A stretch of DNA of 64,000 bases from Candidatus Poribacteria bacterium (GCA_965208675.1 OZ242351.1:2528001-2592000); one strand, 5' to 3'. Shown: positions 1 through 11,222, numbered from the stretch's first letter. The notes: generated by a model not told the origin, from the sequence alone. Translations and numbers: made by a program.

Positions 1-463
1 GGAGGTTTTGCCGGAGGACAAAGCCGAACATGTGCAAGCGTTGCAAAAGGCGGGCAAGCGCGTTGCCATGGTCGGTGACGGCATCAATGACGCGCCCGCG
101 CTAGCGCAAGCCGATATTGGAATTGCAATTAGCACCGGTACGGATGTCGCCATCGAAACCGCTGATATTACGTTGCTCAAAGAAGATTTGATGGGCGTAT
201 CAACCGCGATTCAACTCAGCCGCAAAATCTTCCGCACGATCCAGTGGAATCTCTTCTGGGCGTTTTTCTACAATATACTTGGCATCCCAATCGCCGCCGG
301 TGCCCTGTATCTGTTGGTTAAATCGTTGGACATTGGCAATCCGGAACAGTTCTTGCTCAATCCGATGATTGCCGCCGCGGCGATGGCGTTTAGTTCCGTG
401 TTCGTGGTTACGAATTCACTTCGATTAAAGAAATGGGGGCATACGGTTTTAACGCGGGGCTAA
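1..463 (+). CDS. Heavy-metal (Cu-type) P1B ATPase, C-terminal part, truncated by window edge
   Basis: [16 protein letters not shown] hinge, YN in TM7 and MAFSSVFVV in TM8, typical of CopA-like P1B ATPases. Confidence 0.93.
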   Translation, partial: EVLPEDKAEHVQALQKAGKRVAMVGDGINDAPALAQADIGIAISTGTDVAIETADITLLKEDLMGVSTAIQLSRKIFRTIQWNLFWAFFYNILGIPIAAGALYLLVKSLDIGNPEQFLLNPMIAAAAMAFSSVFVVTNSLRLKKWGHTVLTRG

Positions 464-621
464 GAAGTGATTCCGGAGTCTTCCAATCCCTCGGTCAATC
501 AGAGAAACTAGATCGAGGTTGCCGAACTGATAAATATAATTCAAACCTAAAGTGGCAAGTGTATGCGGTTTGCGGCAGCATGTGTGGTTTAATTCCTCAC
601 GTCTCTCCACATCTAGCGAGA

Positions 622-650
622 TTGACAGGCGGTCTCAATCGTGATATAAT
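622..650 (+). promoter_or_regulatory. sigma70 promoter
   Basis: Perfect TTGACA-17bp-TATAAT about 85 bp upstream of the ORF at 736, which has an AAGGAG RBS. Confidence 0.85.
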
Positions 651-735
651 GCGTTTCATCAATGCACGAAAGTTCTTCGATTAACTCGCGGGAATTCATC
701 CTCAGAAATTTGGAACATTGTAAGGAGACTAAGAA

Positions 736-1737
736 ATGGCAAGACCTGTAACACTGATTACTGGGCAGTGGGCAGATTTACCACTTGAGGATTTGGCGAA
801 AAAAACCAGTCAATGGGGATATGACGGCTTAGAGCTGGGATGCTGGGGGGATCACTTTGACGTGCAAAAAGCACTTGAGGACGACAGCTATTGTCAGGGG
901 CGGCACGATCTCCTAGCGCGCTACGGACTCAAGGTCTGGGCAATTAGTAATCATCTGGTCGGACAAGCGGTGTGCGACAATATTGATAGCCGTCACGAGG
1001 CGGTTCTTCCGCCCTACGTTTGGGGAGACGGGGATCCAGAAGGCGTTCGCCAGCGGGCGGCAGAAGAAATGAAAAACACTGCGCGTGCAGCCGCTAAACT
1101 CGGCGTGAGTGTCGTTAACGGGTTTACCGGCAGCAGCATTTGGCATCTGCTCTACTCTTTCCCGCCCAACAGGCCTGAGATGATTGACGGGGGGTTTCAG
1201 GACTTCGCTGACCGCTGGAATCCAATTTTCGACGTATTCGATGAAGTTGGCGTAAAGTTCGGCTTAGAAGTGCACCCAACCGAGATTGCTTTTGATATCG
1301 TTACTACGGAACGCGCCATGGATGCCGTCAACAGACGCGAGGCGTTCGGACTAAACTACGATCCGAGCCATCTTGGCTATCAGGGTGTTGATTACATAGA
1401 CTTCATAGACCGATTCGCAGACCGCATCTACCACGTGCACATGAAGGATGTCTGGTGGTCATCCACGCCGTGTCCCTCAGGCGTGTTTGGCGGACATCTT
1501 GACTTCGGTGACGCGAGGCGCTACTGGGATTTTCGGTCAATCGGACATGGTAAAATCGAATTCGGAGAAATTATTCGCGCACTTAATCGCATCGAGTATG
1601 ATGGACCTCTTTCAATTGAATGGGAAGACAGCGGAATGAATCGCGAGCGCGGTGCGGAAGAATCGTGCGCAAGAATCAAGGCTATCGATTTTGAACTTCC
1701 GGCGGCGGCATTCGATGCAGTGTTTGGAGAAGAGTAA
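736..1737 (+). CDS. Sugar phosphate isomerase/epimerase (xylose-isomerase-like TIM barrel)
   Basis: GYDGLEL, LEVHP, DPSH, HVHMKD and LSIEWED metal-binding motifs. Confidence 0.9.
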   Translation: MARPVTLITGQWADLPLEDLAKKTSQWGYDGLELGCWGDHFDVQKALEDDSYCQGRHDLLARYGLKVWAISNHLVGQAVCDNIDSRHEAVLPPYVWGDGDPEGVRQRAAEEMKNTARAAAKLGVSVVNGFTGSSIWHLLYSFPPNRPEMIDGGFQDFADRWNPIFDVFDEVGVKFGLEVHPTEIAFDIVTTERAMDAVNRREAFGLNYDPSHLGYQGVDYIDFIDRFADRIYHVHMKDVWWSSTPCPSGVFGGHLDFGDARRYWDFRSIGHGKIEFGEIIRALNRIEYDGPLSIEWEDSGMNRERGAEESCARIKAIDFELPAAAFDAVFGEE

Positions 1738-1812
1738 ATTCTTGGAATAAGGAGATATTTTACTTTTCAATGATCCGCGCCGCAACTGCAGCTCAAAGAA
1801 AGGAAATTAATC

Positions 1813-2817
1813 GTGTCCTCCAGGTATAGGGTTATAATAACCGATTACGGTTGGCCCTCTGTCGAGTTGGAGCGTCAAGTCCTCGCAGAAATCGGAGCGG
1901 AACTGATCGTTGCCGAGACCGGCGCGGAGGATGAGCTGGTCGCCCTTGCACCCGAGGCTGATGGTATTCTCACCAACTGGAAACCGACGACCGGTAACGT
2001 CATTCAAGCCGCCAGCGAATGCCAGGTGATTGGACGGATGGGTATCGGCGTTGATAACATTGATGTGGAGACCGCAACAGGGTTGGGCATCGTTGTAACA
2101 AACGTCCCGGATTTCTGCGTTGATGAGGTCTCCGATCACGCAATGGCGCTGTTATTGGCATGCGCTCGAAAGGTTGCGTTGTTGGATCGGGGTGTGAGAG
2201 ATGGTGAGTGGGACCGAGACGTGGGACCATCAATGCGCCGAATGCGCGGCCAAACATTAGGTATCATCGGGCTCGGAAAAATTGGCGCAACGATGCCGCC
2301 GAAAGCGAATGCCTTTGGACTAGAAGTCTTGGCATATACGCCGCGGTTGACGCCGCAGATAGCTCAAAAGTACGGCGTGGAGTGCACGAGCCTTCAAGAA
2401 TTGATTGCACGTTCAGATTTTATCACTATCCACGCACCGCTGACGCCCGAAACGGAAGGACTGATTGGAGAGAAGGAACTTCGCAAAATGAAGCCGACTG
2501 CGTATATCATCAACACGTCTCGGGGTGATATCATCGACTCAACTGCACTTCACAAAGCGTTGACTGAAGGATGGATTGCCGGCGCCGCTTTGGATGTACT
2601 TCCTCAGGAACCCCCCGCCGACGATTATCCCCTTCTCGGCTTGGACAACGTCGTTATCACCCCGCATGCCGCGTTCATGTCGGAGGAGTCCATCTATGAT
2701 CTAGAGATCAAAGCGGCGACAGCGGTCGCAAAGGTTTTAACCGGGCAGATGCCAGAATCGATCGTGAACCCGAAAGTCCTAGAAAACCCCGTGCTGCGAG
2801 CTAAACAACTGAGATGA
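1813..2817 (+). CDS. D-isomer-specific 2-hydroxyacid dehydrogenase (CtBP/SerA-like)
   Basis: GIGVDNID, GIIGLGKIG, INTSRG, AALDV, ITPHAA. Confidence 0.92.
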   Translation: MSSRYRVIITDYGWPSVELERQVLAEIGAELIVAETGAEDELVALAPEADGILTNWKPTTGNVIQAASECQVIGRMGIGVDNIDVETATGLGIVVTNVPDFCVDEVSDHAMALLLACARKVALLDRGVRDGEWDRDVGPSMRRMRGQTLGIIGLGKIGATMPPKANAFGLEVLAYTPRLTPQIAQKYGVECTSLQELIARSDFITIHAPLTPETEGLIGEKELRKMKPTAYIINTSRGDIIDSTALHKALTEGWIAGAALDVLPQEPPADDYPLLGLDNVVITPHAAFMSEESIYDLEIKAATAVAKVLTGQMPESIVNPKVLENPVLRAKQLR

Positions 2818-2848
2818 ACCTTGAATTCTTATTGTCAAGTGCCAAGCA

Positions 2849-4015
2849 TTGAGGAGGACTTTGAATCGGATACGGATTCTCTATGTTATCGATTCAATGG
2901 GAAGGGGCGGCGCTGAAACGCAGTTGCTCAGGACTTTGGCTCGGTTGAACCGTGATAATTTTGAAGCCTTTGTCGTATTGAGCCGGGAAGAGGGAAACTG
3001 GCTAAACCGCTTGGAAAAGCTCCCGATTGTCAAGAGAATTACCGTCCTGCGGAATGGGAGGAGGCGTTCTAAATCGGCTTTAATCGCAAGGGTCTTCAAA
3101 CTCGCGGCGATCGCGAAAGTAGTGCAGCCATCAATCATTCACAGTTGGCTATGGTATTCCAATTTCCTCTGCGGGCTTGCACGTCGGTTTGCCGTATTTT
3201 CTGACGTCCCATTCATTGTTTCACAGCGCGGCGACTATCATGCTAGATACGGGGGGTTGCGGCTCTGGTTGACGGAACGAATCATCTACCATCAAGCGGA
3301 CGTTATCCTGACCAATGCGGTTCGCCTCTGGGACAATCTTCGAACGCGTTATCCTGAAAAGCGAATCCTGGCAATTCTGAATATTATCCGTTCACCGAAT
3401 TCATCGTCTCTATCTGAAAGTAAACTTGGGAACGCGCATCGTCCTGATTTGCCAAAACAACACATCGTGAGCGTGGGCAGATTAGTCCCCGAAAAAGGCT
3501 ACCGGTACCTAATCCAAGCGTTAAATCTGCTCAGCACAAATTTCAATTGCCCAGACTTCACGGCGACAATCCTTGGCGAGGGCGAGTTAAAAGATGAATT
3601 AAGCCGTTTGGCTGATAGGCATCATCTGTCGGATCGTATTCACTTGCCCGGTTACTGTGAAGATATCTTTCCGATTTTATCTAGCGCCAATCTTTTAGTT
3701 CTGCCGTCGCTGCATGAAAGCGCGCCAAATGCACTCATTGAGGCAATGGAGATTGGGCTGCCCTGTGTCGCTTCTGACGTGGGGGGCGTATCCGACTTAA
3801 TCGAAGACGGAAAGAGCGGGTTGCTCGTGCCAGCTGCGGATTCCGAGGCGTTAGCACGGGCAATCTGCCGTGCGTTGACGGACGCGACGCTCGCCGACGC
3901 CATGGGCGAACAAGCACGGGCGAAGATTCACCGGCTGTTCGATAATGAAAAATCTATCCGGCAATTGGAAGCTGTATATCGAGAAGCTCTCAATCACCCC
4001 AGTCCGGTCAAATGA
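2849..4015 (+). CDS. Glycosyltransferase family 4
   Basis: GGAE N-terminal motif, VGRLVPEKG, E-x7-E (ESAPNALIE), SDVGGV. Confidence 0.92.
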   Translation: MRRTLNRIRILYVIDSMGRGGAETQLLRTLARLNRDNFEAFVVLSREEGNWLNRLEKLPIVKRITVLRNGRRRSKSALIARVFKLAAIAKVVQPSIIHSWLWYSNFLCGLARRFAVFSDVPFIVSQRGDYHARYGGLRLWLTERIIYHQADVILTNAVRLWDNLRTRYPEKRILAILNIIRSPNSSSLSESKLGNAHRPDLPKQHIVSVGRLVPEKGYRYLIQALNLLSTNFNCPDFTATILGEGELKDELSRLADRHHLSDRIHLPGYCEDIFPILSSANLLVLPSLHESAPNALIEAMEIGLPCVASDVGGVSDLIEDGKSGLLVPAADSEALARAICRALTDATLADAMGEQARAKIHRLFDNEKSIRQLEAVYREALNHPSPVK

Positions 4016-5418
4016 ACCGTCCCAAACCTCGCTTCGCGTTCAAAAATCTCATCTCTCGCTTCCAAATCTCCGCGCCCCATCAATCTATCCTCAAAAACCT
4101 CCTAATTGTGACGCCGGTAAGCCTGATGAGCCGCGGCGGCACGCTGCTGATATACGCTGTTCTCGCTAATTGGTTCGGCGTAAATCCGGAGATGGACTTT
4201 CTCTATTACTATTGGGGGATTGGAGTCTTTCTTGTCCAAATCTTGAGTTCAGCTTCGGCGTATTCAATACTGATTCCATTGGTGGCGGAGGAACGCACAA
4301 AAAGTCAAGCCCATGCAAACGCGTGTCTGCGAGCAATCTTTTCGGTCTATCTCATCGGTATGCCCGGTATCTGCTGCGTGTTATTCACCATTTGCTATAT
4401 TGTTTCGAGCCTCTTCCTACCGCGCCCGGACATCCCCAATATCATCGCCATTGGCATAGTGTGCGGATTTGCAGTTTTCACAATCTCGGCTTCGATTCGG
4501 TGGCTGTTGAAAGGCGTCTTGGATGCGTATCAGCGTTTTAGTTTGCCGGCAATTGTTCAGGCGCTCGCTGTACCTGCCGTCATCGGGTTAACCTACGCCC
4601 TTAAGCCATCAATTGGTTTGAGTAGCATTGTCTTCGCGCTCATCATCAGCGAACTATTACAAACAATTGCGTTGTTCATTGTGTGCCGGTTCTCGCTCAA
4701 AATTAAGGGATTGTTTAGCCTTGTCCACGCGCAGCGCCACTGGCGGGCGTACTCGAAAACGAAACGGTTTGTGAAGCAGTTTTTTCTGATGATGGGCACT
4801 GCGATTTCCGCCGGCGCCAATCCTGTCGTCGATCGAGGGATGTCAAGCTCCTTAAGCGCGGGCTCCGTGTCCAAATTGGATTATTCCTTCAGACTTTGCA
4901 CGATTCCTGAAACCGTGGCAGGCGTTATCATGCCCGTATTGCTGTCTCACTGGTCGGCAATCTCCGCCGACGCCAACATTCAGTTCCTGCGGCAGAGTGT
5001 GTGGAAAGGCGTACTCGCGATTGTCGGCGTCATGGGACCGATAATCTACGGGTTTTACTTTTTCCGTGTCGCCATCGTAGATTTGCTTTACGGGCACGGC
5101 GCAATGTCTGAACCCGAACGGCTTCATGTTGCGTCCTTGCTCGGGATTTACCTGATTGGGACGCTGCCCCGCTTAATCAGTCGGCTGCTAATCCGCGCCC
5201 ACCTTTCCCTTCAAAACGTGACGTTCGTCTTCTCAGCGACGCTGGTCCGAACAGCCTTCAACCCAATTTTGAACCTCATTTTCATGAGGCGCTGGGGTTT
5301 GGAAGGCATTGCGCTGTCCACAACGCTGCTATCTTTTCCCTCAATGGTATACATCGGAGTGGCGTTCCTGATTGTCAGCCGCCGGCGAATGAATAGCATG
5401 AAGATAGATGAAGGGTGA
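4012..5418 (+). CDS. MurJ/MviN-like MOP-family flippase
   Basis: Polytopic membrane protein; VDRGMSSSLSAGSVSKLDY and GLEGIALST resemble MviN; ATGA overlap with the GT4 gene. Confidence 0.8.
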   Translation: MNRPKPRFAFKNLISRFQISAPHQSILKNLLIVTPVSLMSRGGTLLIYAVLANWFGVNPEMDFLYYYWGIGVFLVQILSSASAYSILIPLVAEERTKSQAHANACLRAIFSVYLIGMPGICCVLFTICYIVSSLFLPRPDIPNIIAIGIVCGFAVFTISASIRWLLKGVLDAYQRFSLPAIVQALAVPAVIGLTYALKPSIGLSSIVFALIISELLQTIALFIVCRFSLKIKGLFSLVHAQRHWRAYSKTKRFVKQFFLMMGTAISAGANPVVDRGMSSSLSAGSVSKLDYSFRLCTIPETVAGVIMPVLLSHWSAISADANIQFLRQSVWKGVLAIVGVMGPIIYGFYFFRVAIVDLLYGHGAMSEPERLHVASLLGIYLIGTLPRLISRLLIRAHLSLQNVTFVFSATLVRTAFNPILNLIFMRRWGLEGIALSTTLLSFPSMVYIGVAFLIVSRRRMNSMKIDEG

Positions 5419-5522
5419 GTTCATGCTGACACAGTGCAATCTATGTCGGTACTGCTTCAACCCATGAGTTTTAAACAATTTGGCCTGAAATTTAAAAGAT
5501 ATAATAATAACAAGGAGAAAAA

Positions 5523-6776
5523 ATGAATGTAGAAGCACTAAAAGGTAAAACTGTTGGCGCCGCGGTTTCCGGCGGGCTTGATAGCTGCACCATCACACGA
5601 TGGTTAGTCGATAACGGCGTCAATGTCGTATGCTTCACGGCTGACCTCGGACAACCTGACGAGGAGAATGTAGAGGAAATATGCGAGCGGATGTTGGCGT
5701 GCGGCGCCCAAGACGCAGTTATCGTTGATGCCAAAGATTCCCTAGCCATGGCGGGCATCAAGGTGATTCAATCTCAAGCTAAATATGAAGGCGGATACTG
5801 GAATACGACCGGCATCGCGCGGCATGTAACCGTCGAAGCGCTGCTTCCGGAGATGGAGAAGCGCGGCATTAACATCTTGAGTCACGGCTGCACGGGCCGC
5901 GGTAACGATCAGGTACGGTTTCAGCTCGCAGCCAATATGCTTAATCCCGAATTATCCGTATACGCCCCATGGCGGGATGCGATTTTTCTGGAGCGATTTG
6001 GCGGTAGAAAGGAGATGATCGATTATTGCAGCGAACACGGTCTGCCGATTCGGGCAACCCATGAAAAACCTTACTCGACTGACGCCAATCTGTTGGGCTT
6101 AACACACGAAGCCGGCAAATTGGAATCCCTCAAAACCCCCGCTAGATTTATCACACCCGGGATGGGCGTGCACCCAACGGATGCTCCTGATGAAGTTGAG
6201 TATTTCACCGCCGCATTTTCCAACGGGATCCCCGTTGAAGTCAATGGAAGTCGAGCCAGTCCGCTTAGTGCCCTTATTGAAGCCAATCGAATTGGCGGGC
6301 GTAACGGTGTTGGTATCGGCATCCACACGGTCGAAAACCGATTTGTTGGCATTAAGAGCCGAGGCGTTTACGAATCGCCTGGGATGGAACTGTTAGGCAA
6401 ATGTTACGAATACCTGCTTCAACTTATCTTGGATCGGCGGGCAACGCGCGTCTTCGAGCAGGTTTCCGCGGTGGTCGCTGAACAAATCTATCAGGGCTAT
6501 TGGTTCGACCCTGCGACCCAATCGCAGCTAGCGTCAATTGCCCCATTTACGCGCCTAGCGCAAGGGGTGGTTACCGTCGCGCTGTATAAAGGCTCTGTCG
6601 CCTTCCACGCCGCGGGCGAGGCGCCCCACTCGCTTTATTCCGAGGAAACTGCTTCAATGGAAGACGTTGGGAATTTCAACCACGCCGATTCCGAAGGGTA
6701 CGTATCGGTTTTGGGTGTCGGTGCGCGGGCGCTGGCTGCCGCGGGGCAGACGATGACGGAACGGTCACGCGACTGA
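5523..6776 (+). CDS. argG: Argininosuccinate synthase
   Basis: SGGLDS, HGCTGRGNDQVRF, YSTDANL, ENRFVGIKSRGVYESPG. Confidence 0.97.
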   Translation: MNVEALKGKTVGAAVSGGLDSCTITRWLVDNGVNVVCFTADLGQPDEENVEEICERMLACGAQDAVIVDAKDSLAMAGIKVIQSQAKYEGGYWNTTGIARHVTVEALLPEMEKRGINILSHGCTGRGNDQVRFQLAANMLNPELSVYAPWRDAIFLERFGGRKEMIDYCSEHGLPIRATHEKPYSTDANLLGLTHEAGKLESLKTPARFITPGMGVHPTDAPDEVEYFTAAFSNGIPVEVNGSRASPLSALIEANRIGGRNGVGIGIHTVENRFVGIKSRGVYESPGMELLGKCYEYLLQLILDRRATRVFEQVSAVVAEQIYQGYWFDPATQSQLASIAPFTRLAQGVVTVALYKGSVAFHAAGEAPHSLYSEETASMEDVGNFNHADSEGYVSVLGVGARALAAAGQTMTERSRD

Positions 6777-7364
6777 TCGGAACCGTAGGCGAAATTCGGC
6801 AATCGCCGGCAGGTAAAATGGATTTATAAACGAGTATAACAGCTTAGCCCAACTATGTTTCTATTACAGAATATAGTGCTTCACATATGCACTAAATGTA
6901 GTCCCAGTTTGGCTTTCCACCTATCCCCGCTATTGGACACCCAAATCGTTTAATCTCATTATTATGGTTCAGAGTTTATGCAGGTTTGGTAGTGTAAGCC
7001 TCAAACAGCGAAAAACGCCTGATGACCTAACTTGGCATTTTGTAAGCGACCAAATCACGTAAATGTCCCAAACGACCGGATTCTGCGTCAGATAAATCCT
7101 GCGCAATCATTGACTTTGGGACGTCAGGTTTTAGCCATTGTCTCGGCTGGGTGTCCACACACAATTTCAGACCTCAAAAATCTGCGGTTTTTCTTTGAAT
7201 GTAACCAGCAATGACTTCCTCAGAGTTGGGAGATTAACACATTCTTGCAAGACCGCAAGTCTAGTTTTCACTACCGGCTCGTTCTGTTGATAGAAGAATC
7301 CGAATGCTTTCGCTTTGGGAGTATGTCAATCCCGATCTGGCAAGACTCCGAAGGAGGTTAACTG

Positions 7365-8420
7365 ATGGCTAAAACGTATCGGGTTGGAATTATTGGCTGT
7401 GGCGGTATGGGAAGGATTCATTCAAGAGCTTATACCCAAAATCCAGCAACAGAGCTCGTTGCAGGAATGGACATCAACGAAGAATCGGCGAGACGAGTTG
7501 CCGAAGAATTCTCTATGCCAGCGGTTTACACCGACTATCACAAGATGTTAGAGAAAGAGAATCTAGACATTGTTAGCATTACGACCTGCCAAAGTGTGCG
7601 GCCTGTGATTACTGTTGCCGCGGCAAATGCAGGGGTTAAAGGCATTCTCGGCGAAAAACCGATGGCTGCTTCCTTGGGTGGTGCTGATGACATGCTTAAA
7701 GCGTGCGAAAAGAACGATGTCAAGCTCGCCATTGGACATCAAGGGCGTTTCAACCCAGCAAATACCGAGATTCGAAGACTTGTCAGAGACGGAGCCATCG
7801 GACAACCGACGCTGTTACTGAGAAAAAGCAAACACAACGCCGGACTGCTAAATATAGGTACACACCATATTGACGGGATGCGGTATCAGTTATCAGACCC
7901 TGAAACACTTTGGGTAATTGGACAAGTTTCGCGTACAACCGATAGGTGGGAACGCCGAAACCATTGTGAAGATTTGTGCATGGGATTGATTTGCTTTGAA
8001 GGCGGCACGCGGGGAGTGTATGAAAGCGATTTGCCTGAACCGGCATCCCAAGCGACCGGAATTTACGGGACCGAGGGCCAGATTAAAACTGGACAACACG
8101 AAACGGTCCTGCTTCTGAATAACAAAACCAGCGGCTGGAAACAGATTACGCCGCGAGCGGTGGGAACAGACCAATTTCAGGAGTTAATCGATTGGATGGA
8201 AGGAAAGGTGCCTGAACACCGTAGCAGCGGACGCCAGGCGCGTTATACCATGGAAATTATGATGGCAATTTACGAATCGCTGCGGGTTAAGAATTTGGTC
8301 AAAATGCCGCTCGAAACCAAGGAATCGCCCCTCGATTTAATGATTGAAGATGGCACACTACCAATACTGAAAAAAGGGCGCTATGATATTCGGCAGCCTT
8401 TTCCCGAACAAAATCGGTGA
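7365..8420 (+). CDS. Gfo/Idh/MocA family oxidoreductase
   Basis: GIIGCGGMG, EKPMA, GTHHID; AAGGAGG RBS. Confidence 0.92.
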   Translation: MAKTYRVGIIGCGGMGRIHSRAYTQNPATELVAGMDINEESARRVAEEFSMPAVYTDYHKMLEKENLDIVSITTCQSVRPVITVAAANAGVKGILGEKPMAASLGGADDMLKACEKNDVKLAIGHQGRFNPANTEIRRLVRDGAIGQPTLLLRKSKHNAGLLNIGTHHIDGMRYQLSDPETLWVIGQVSRTTDRWERRNHCEDLCMGLICFEGGTRGVYESDLPEPASQATGIYGTEGQIKTGQHETVLLLNNKTSGWKQITPRAVGTDQFQELIDWMEGKVPEHRSSGRQARYTMEIMMAIYESLRVKNLVKMPLETKESPLDLMIEDGTLPILKKGRYDIRQPFPEQNR

Positions 8421-8903
8421 AAAAGCAAGTTGAGATTCAATTGCAAGCAGATTCTGATGTGCGACACGGTCCATTGGCTGAAATACTAGCGCGGACTCGA
8501 AAGCGTCCATCGCCAACCTGGCACACCCGAATCCGACGCGCAGACTCCGGCGGCGTTGGCGAGTGATGCGCTGCCAGCCATGAAAACAGAGAGCCGTTTG
8601 GTTGCAGTTTCGGTTGCACGCACGCAGCGATGTCTGGGTTTTGTGGGGTAAGGACTAGTAAAATGAGTGAGGTTTGGAACAGGAGATTGGTCTGGCACGT
8701 ATGGTATCTTTGCGCTAGAGTCCCTAAGTCCGCTTCAGAGTCGCTTGATGCTCGAACTGCAGGTGGATTTATCGCTTAACTTGATTCCTATCGTTCTTTA
8801 AAAAAAAATAATAGCAACCCGATATTTTACACAAAACAGAGGTATATACTATTGATTGAAAACGGTCTCATGGTTTAGTTGGTAAAACCGTTGAATTCAG
8901 GAG

Positions 8904-11105
8904 ATGCATAGCATGCAAGCAGAATTGGACGATAAGGCACTTGTACAAAAAGCGAAACAAGGAGATTGCCGCGCTTTCGGGGAGTTGGTGCGATGTTACC
9001 AACATACTGTCATGCGAACCGCACGCTCGTTGACAAAAAACGAAGAAGCGGCGCAAGATGTCGCGCAAGAGGCGTTTGAAAGAGCATACAAGTATCTGGA
9101 TTGCTTCAAGCCAGAAAGGCCATTTGTCAACTGGCTGTTAACAATTACGAAAAATACCGCCAAGAGTTGGTTGGCACGGGAACACAAAGCGAACGGGAGA
9201 TTTGTGTCGTTGCAGGAGACGGGGGACGCCGTTTTAGATCAGCGGACATACGAGATCTACTCAGCTCAGACAATCCAACAACAGGTTCGAGAGGCGATTT
9301 CTGAACTTTCCCCCGCGAATCGAACGGTGGTTCACCTTTACTACATTTGCGGGTATTCCTATAAAGAGATAAGCCATCAGCTTGAGATTCCCACAAGCAC
9401 GGTTCGTAGTCGGCTTCAAGAATCCAGAAAGCAACTGAGAGAGGAGTTTGTTAGCATGGTGACTGCATTACGATTGCAAAAGACGTTGACTAAGAAGGAT
9501 GGTCTGATAGGCGATACAATCACCGCAATTTTTGAAGACAGCAAAGGAAATATGTGGTTCGGTACGACCAATGGGGTTAGCCGCTATGATGGCAAGGCCT
9601 TCCAGAATTTCACGCAGATCGATGGGTTAGCGTTGGATACCGTTGGCGCAATTCTTGAAGATAGCCGCGGTACGCTCTGGTTCGGCACGGGGCGGTGGAA
9701 CGTTGAGGGAAAGGGGGTCAGCCGCTATGACGGAAAGACCTTCCAAAATTTCACCACAGCGGACGGCCTAGCTGACAACACGGTAAAGGACATATTTGAG
9801 GATAAGGAGGGACACCTCTGGTTTGCGACACACGGCGGCGTGAGTCGTTACGATGGCCATAACTTTTACAACGTTAAGGACGGATTTGCACACAGCGCCG
9901 ATTGGAACTCTAACAACGGTGTTGATGCGATTGTGCAAGACGCTGATGGTAACCTCTGGTTTGGGGGCTACGGCGGCATCAGTTGTTACAATGGAGAGAT
10001 GTTTGAGTATCTCACAACCGATGATGGGCTGCAAAGCGGCTGGGTGACCGACCTTCTGTTCGATCAGCAGGGCAATCTCTGGATTACCCGCGCCGGCGGC
10101 GGAGGCTTGCTCGCATGCCTCGATATGAAGTTTAACCACCATATTGACCGTGGCAACCCAATATCAAAGGATATGCGGACTTCCATGGAAAAAAACGGCA
10201 TTGCCCTCTCACATAAGGCAAAGATCTGGTCGCAGGAAGAAGGCCGCAAAGGGCTAGTTCGGGATGGAAAGCTGTTCGATATTGAACCGAAATTCCAAAC
10301 GGAATTCGATAAAAATATCATTTCCGTCGAATTACGGGACGCTTTTGGAAGGAATGAATTTCCACTTTCTGATCCGGAGTTTCTTTTTCGCCTCGATCTG
10401 AAACGCCAGTGTGACTTAGACAGCAGTAATTCGTCATTCCCAAAAAACCTGCGGCAAGAGTTTGAAAAGAAACTCAAGCGCTCATTACTAAAGGATACGG
10501 AGATTTTAACCCAGGAGAGTGGTAGCCTATGGCTGATGACCGAGAGGGAAAACCATTCAAATGGGTGTTATGGCGGAGATACTTTCACCGTCAGAATAGA
10601 AAAGGAAAGGCTAAATGTCTACCGACAGAGCGTCTCCGTGCACCCAACGGCAGATGACCAATGGCGCATCAGTGACAACGGAGATCGAATCAACAATTGT
10701 CCCCGGCTCCGAGAATACTTTGTTGTCAAGGAACAGAATCGACTCGACGTATACCAAAATCAGTACGAGGTCATAAAAGGAAATAATCATCTATTAATCA
10801 TGGGGCGCGGCAGCGGGATTAGCCGGTACGATGGCAAAAACTTGGTGAATTTTCCGTCTCATGAGGGTATTCCGATGGATATAACCGAAAGCGTCACGCA
10901 GGACCGGAAAGGAAACCTTTGGTTTACAAGCCGTGACGGCGTCAGTGTCTATGACGGGAAAACTTTCCACAACTTTACGACAGGCGACGGCCTGCCGCAT
11001 AATAATGTGTCAGCGGTGCTTGAGGACAGACACGGCACGCTCTGGTTCGCCACGGACGGGGGTGTGGGTTTGGGCGTCTATGTGTCCGTCAACGACTCGA
11101 GATGA
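8904..11105 (+). CDS. ECF sigma factor fused to a two-component-regulator-type beta-propeller
   Basis: N-terminal sigma2 (AQDVAQEAF, FVNWL) and sigma4 (SYKEIS..TVRSRL); repeated D-x-x-G-x-LWF..GVSRYDG..F blades. Confidence 0.9.
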   Translation: MHSMQAELDDKALVQKAKQGDCRAFGELVRCYQHTVMRTARSLTKNEEAAQDVAQEAFERAYKYLDCFKPERPFVNWLLTITKNTAKSWLAREHKANGRFVSLQETGDAVLDQRTYEIYSAQTIQQQVREAISELSPANRTVVHLYYICGYSYKEISHQLEIPTSTVRSRLQESRKQLREEFVSMVTALRLQKTLTKKDGLIGDTITAIFEDSKGNMWFGTTNGVSRYDGKAFQNFTQIDGLALDTVGAILEDSRGTLWFGTGRWNVEGKGVSRYDGKTFQNFTTADGLADNTVKDIFEDKEGHLWFATHGGVSRYDGHNFYNVKDGFAHSADWNSNNGVDAIVQDADGNLWFGGYGGISCYNGEMFEYLTTDDGLQSGWVTDLLFDQQGNLWITRAGGGGLLACLDMKFNHHIDRGNPISKDMRTSMEKNGIALSHKAKIWSQEEGRKGLVRDGKLFDIEPKFQTEFDKNIISVELRDAFGRNEFPLSDPEFLFRLDLKRQCDLDSSNSSFPKNLRQEFEKKLKRSLLKDTEILTQESGSLWLMTERENHSNGCYGGDTFTVRIEKERLNVYRQSVSVHPTADDQWRISDNGDRINNCPRLREYFVVKEQNRLDVYQNQYEVIKGNNHLLIMGRGSGISRYDGKNLVNFPSHEGIPMDITESVTQDRKGNLWFTSRDGVSVYDGKTFHNFTTGDGLPHNNVSAVLEDRHGTLWFATDGGVGLGVYVSVNDSR

Positions 11106-11124
11106 CTTTATACTACCAACACTA

Positions 11125-11140
11125 GGTTCTGTTGACATTT
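11125..11140. mobile_element. Lone terminal inverted repeat of the GGTTCTGTTGACATTT MITE family
   Basis: CTAGGTTCTGTTGACATTT is identical to the element ends at 41734 and 58960; no partner end visible nearby. Confidence 0.7.
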
Positions 11141-11222
11141 CAACGTAACCAGATAAGCGTGGAGACAAAACTCAGAAATCCAAGATAGCGGGCAGCGAGT
11201 TTCTCGAAACGAGAGAAGATAC

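Noticed and set aside
433-684. 83-aa ORF after the ATPase
   Set aside because: It overlaps the ATPase end and spans a consensus promoter; no motifs.
8437-8760. Possible integrase tail, att site or tRNA (GGTTGCAGTTTCGGTTGCA)
   Set aside because: No integrase motifs, cloverleaf or matching att copy is visible in the window.
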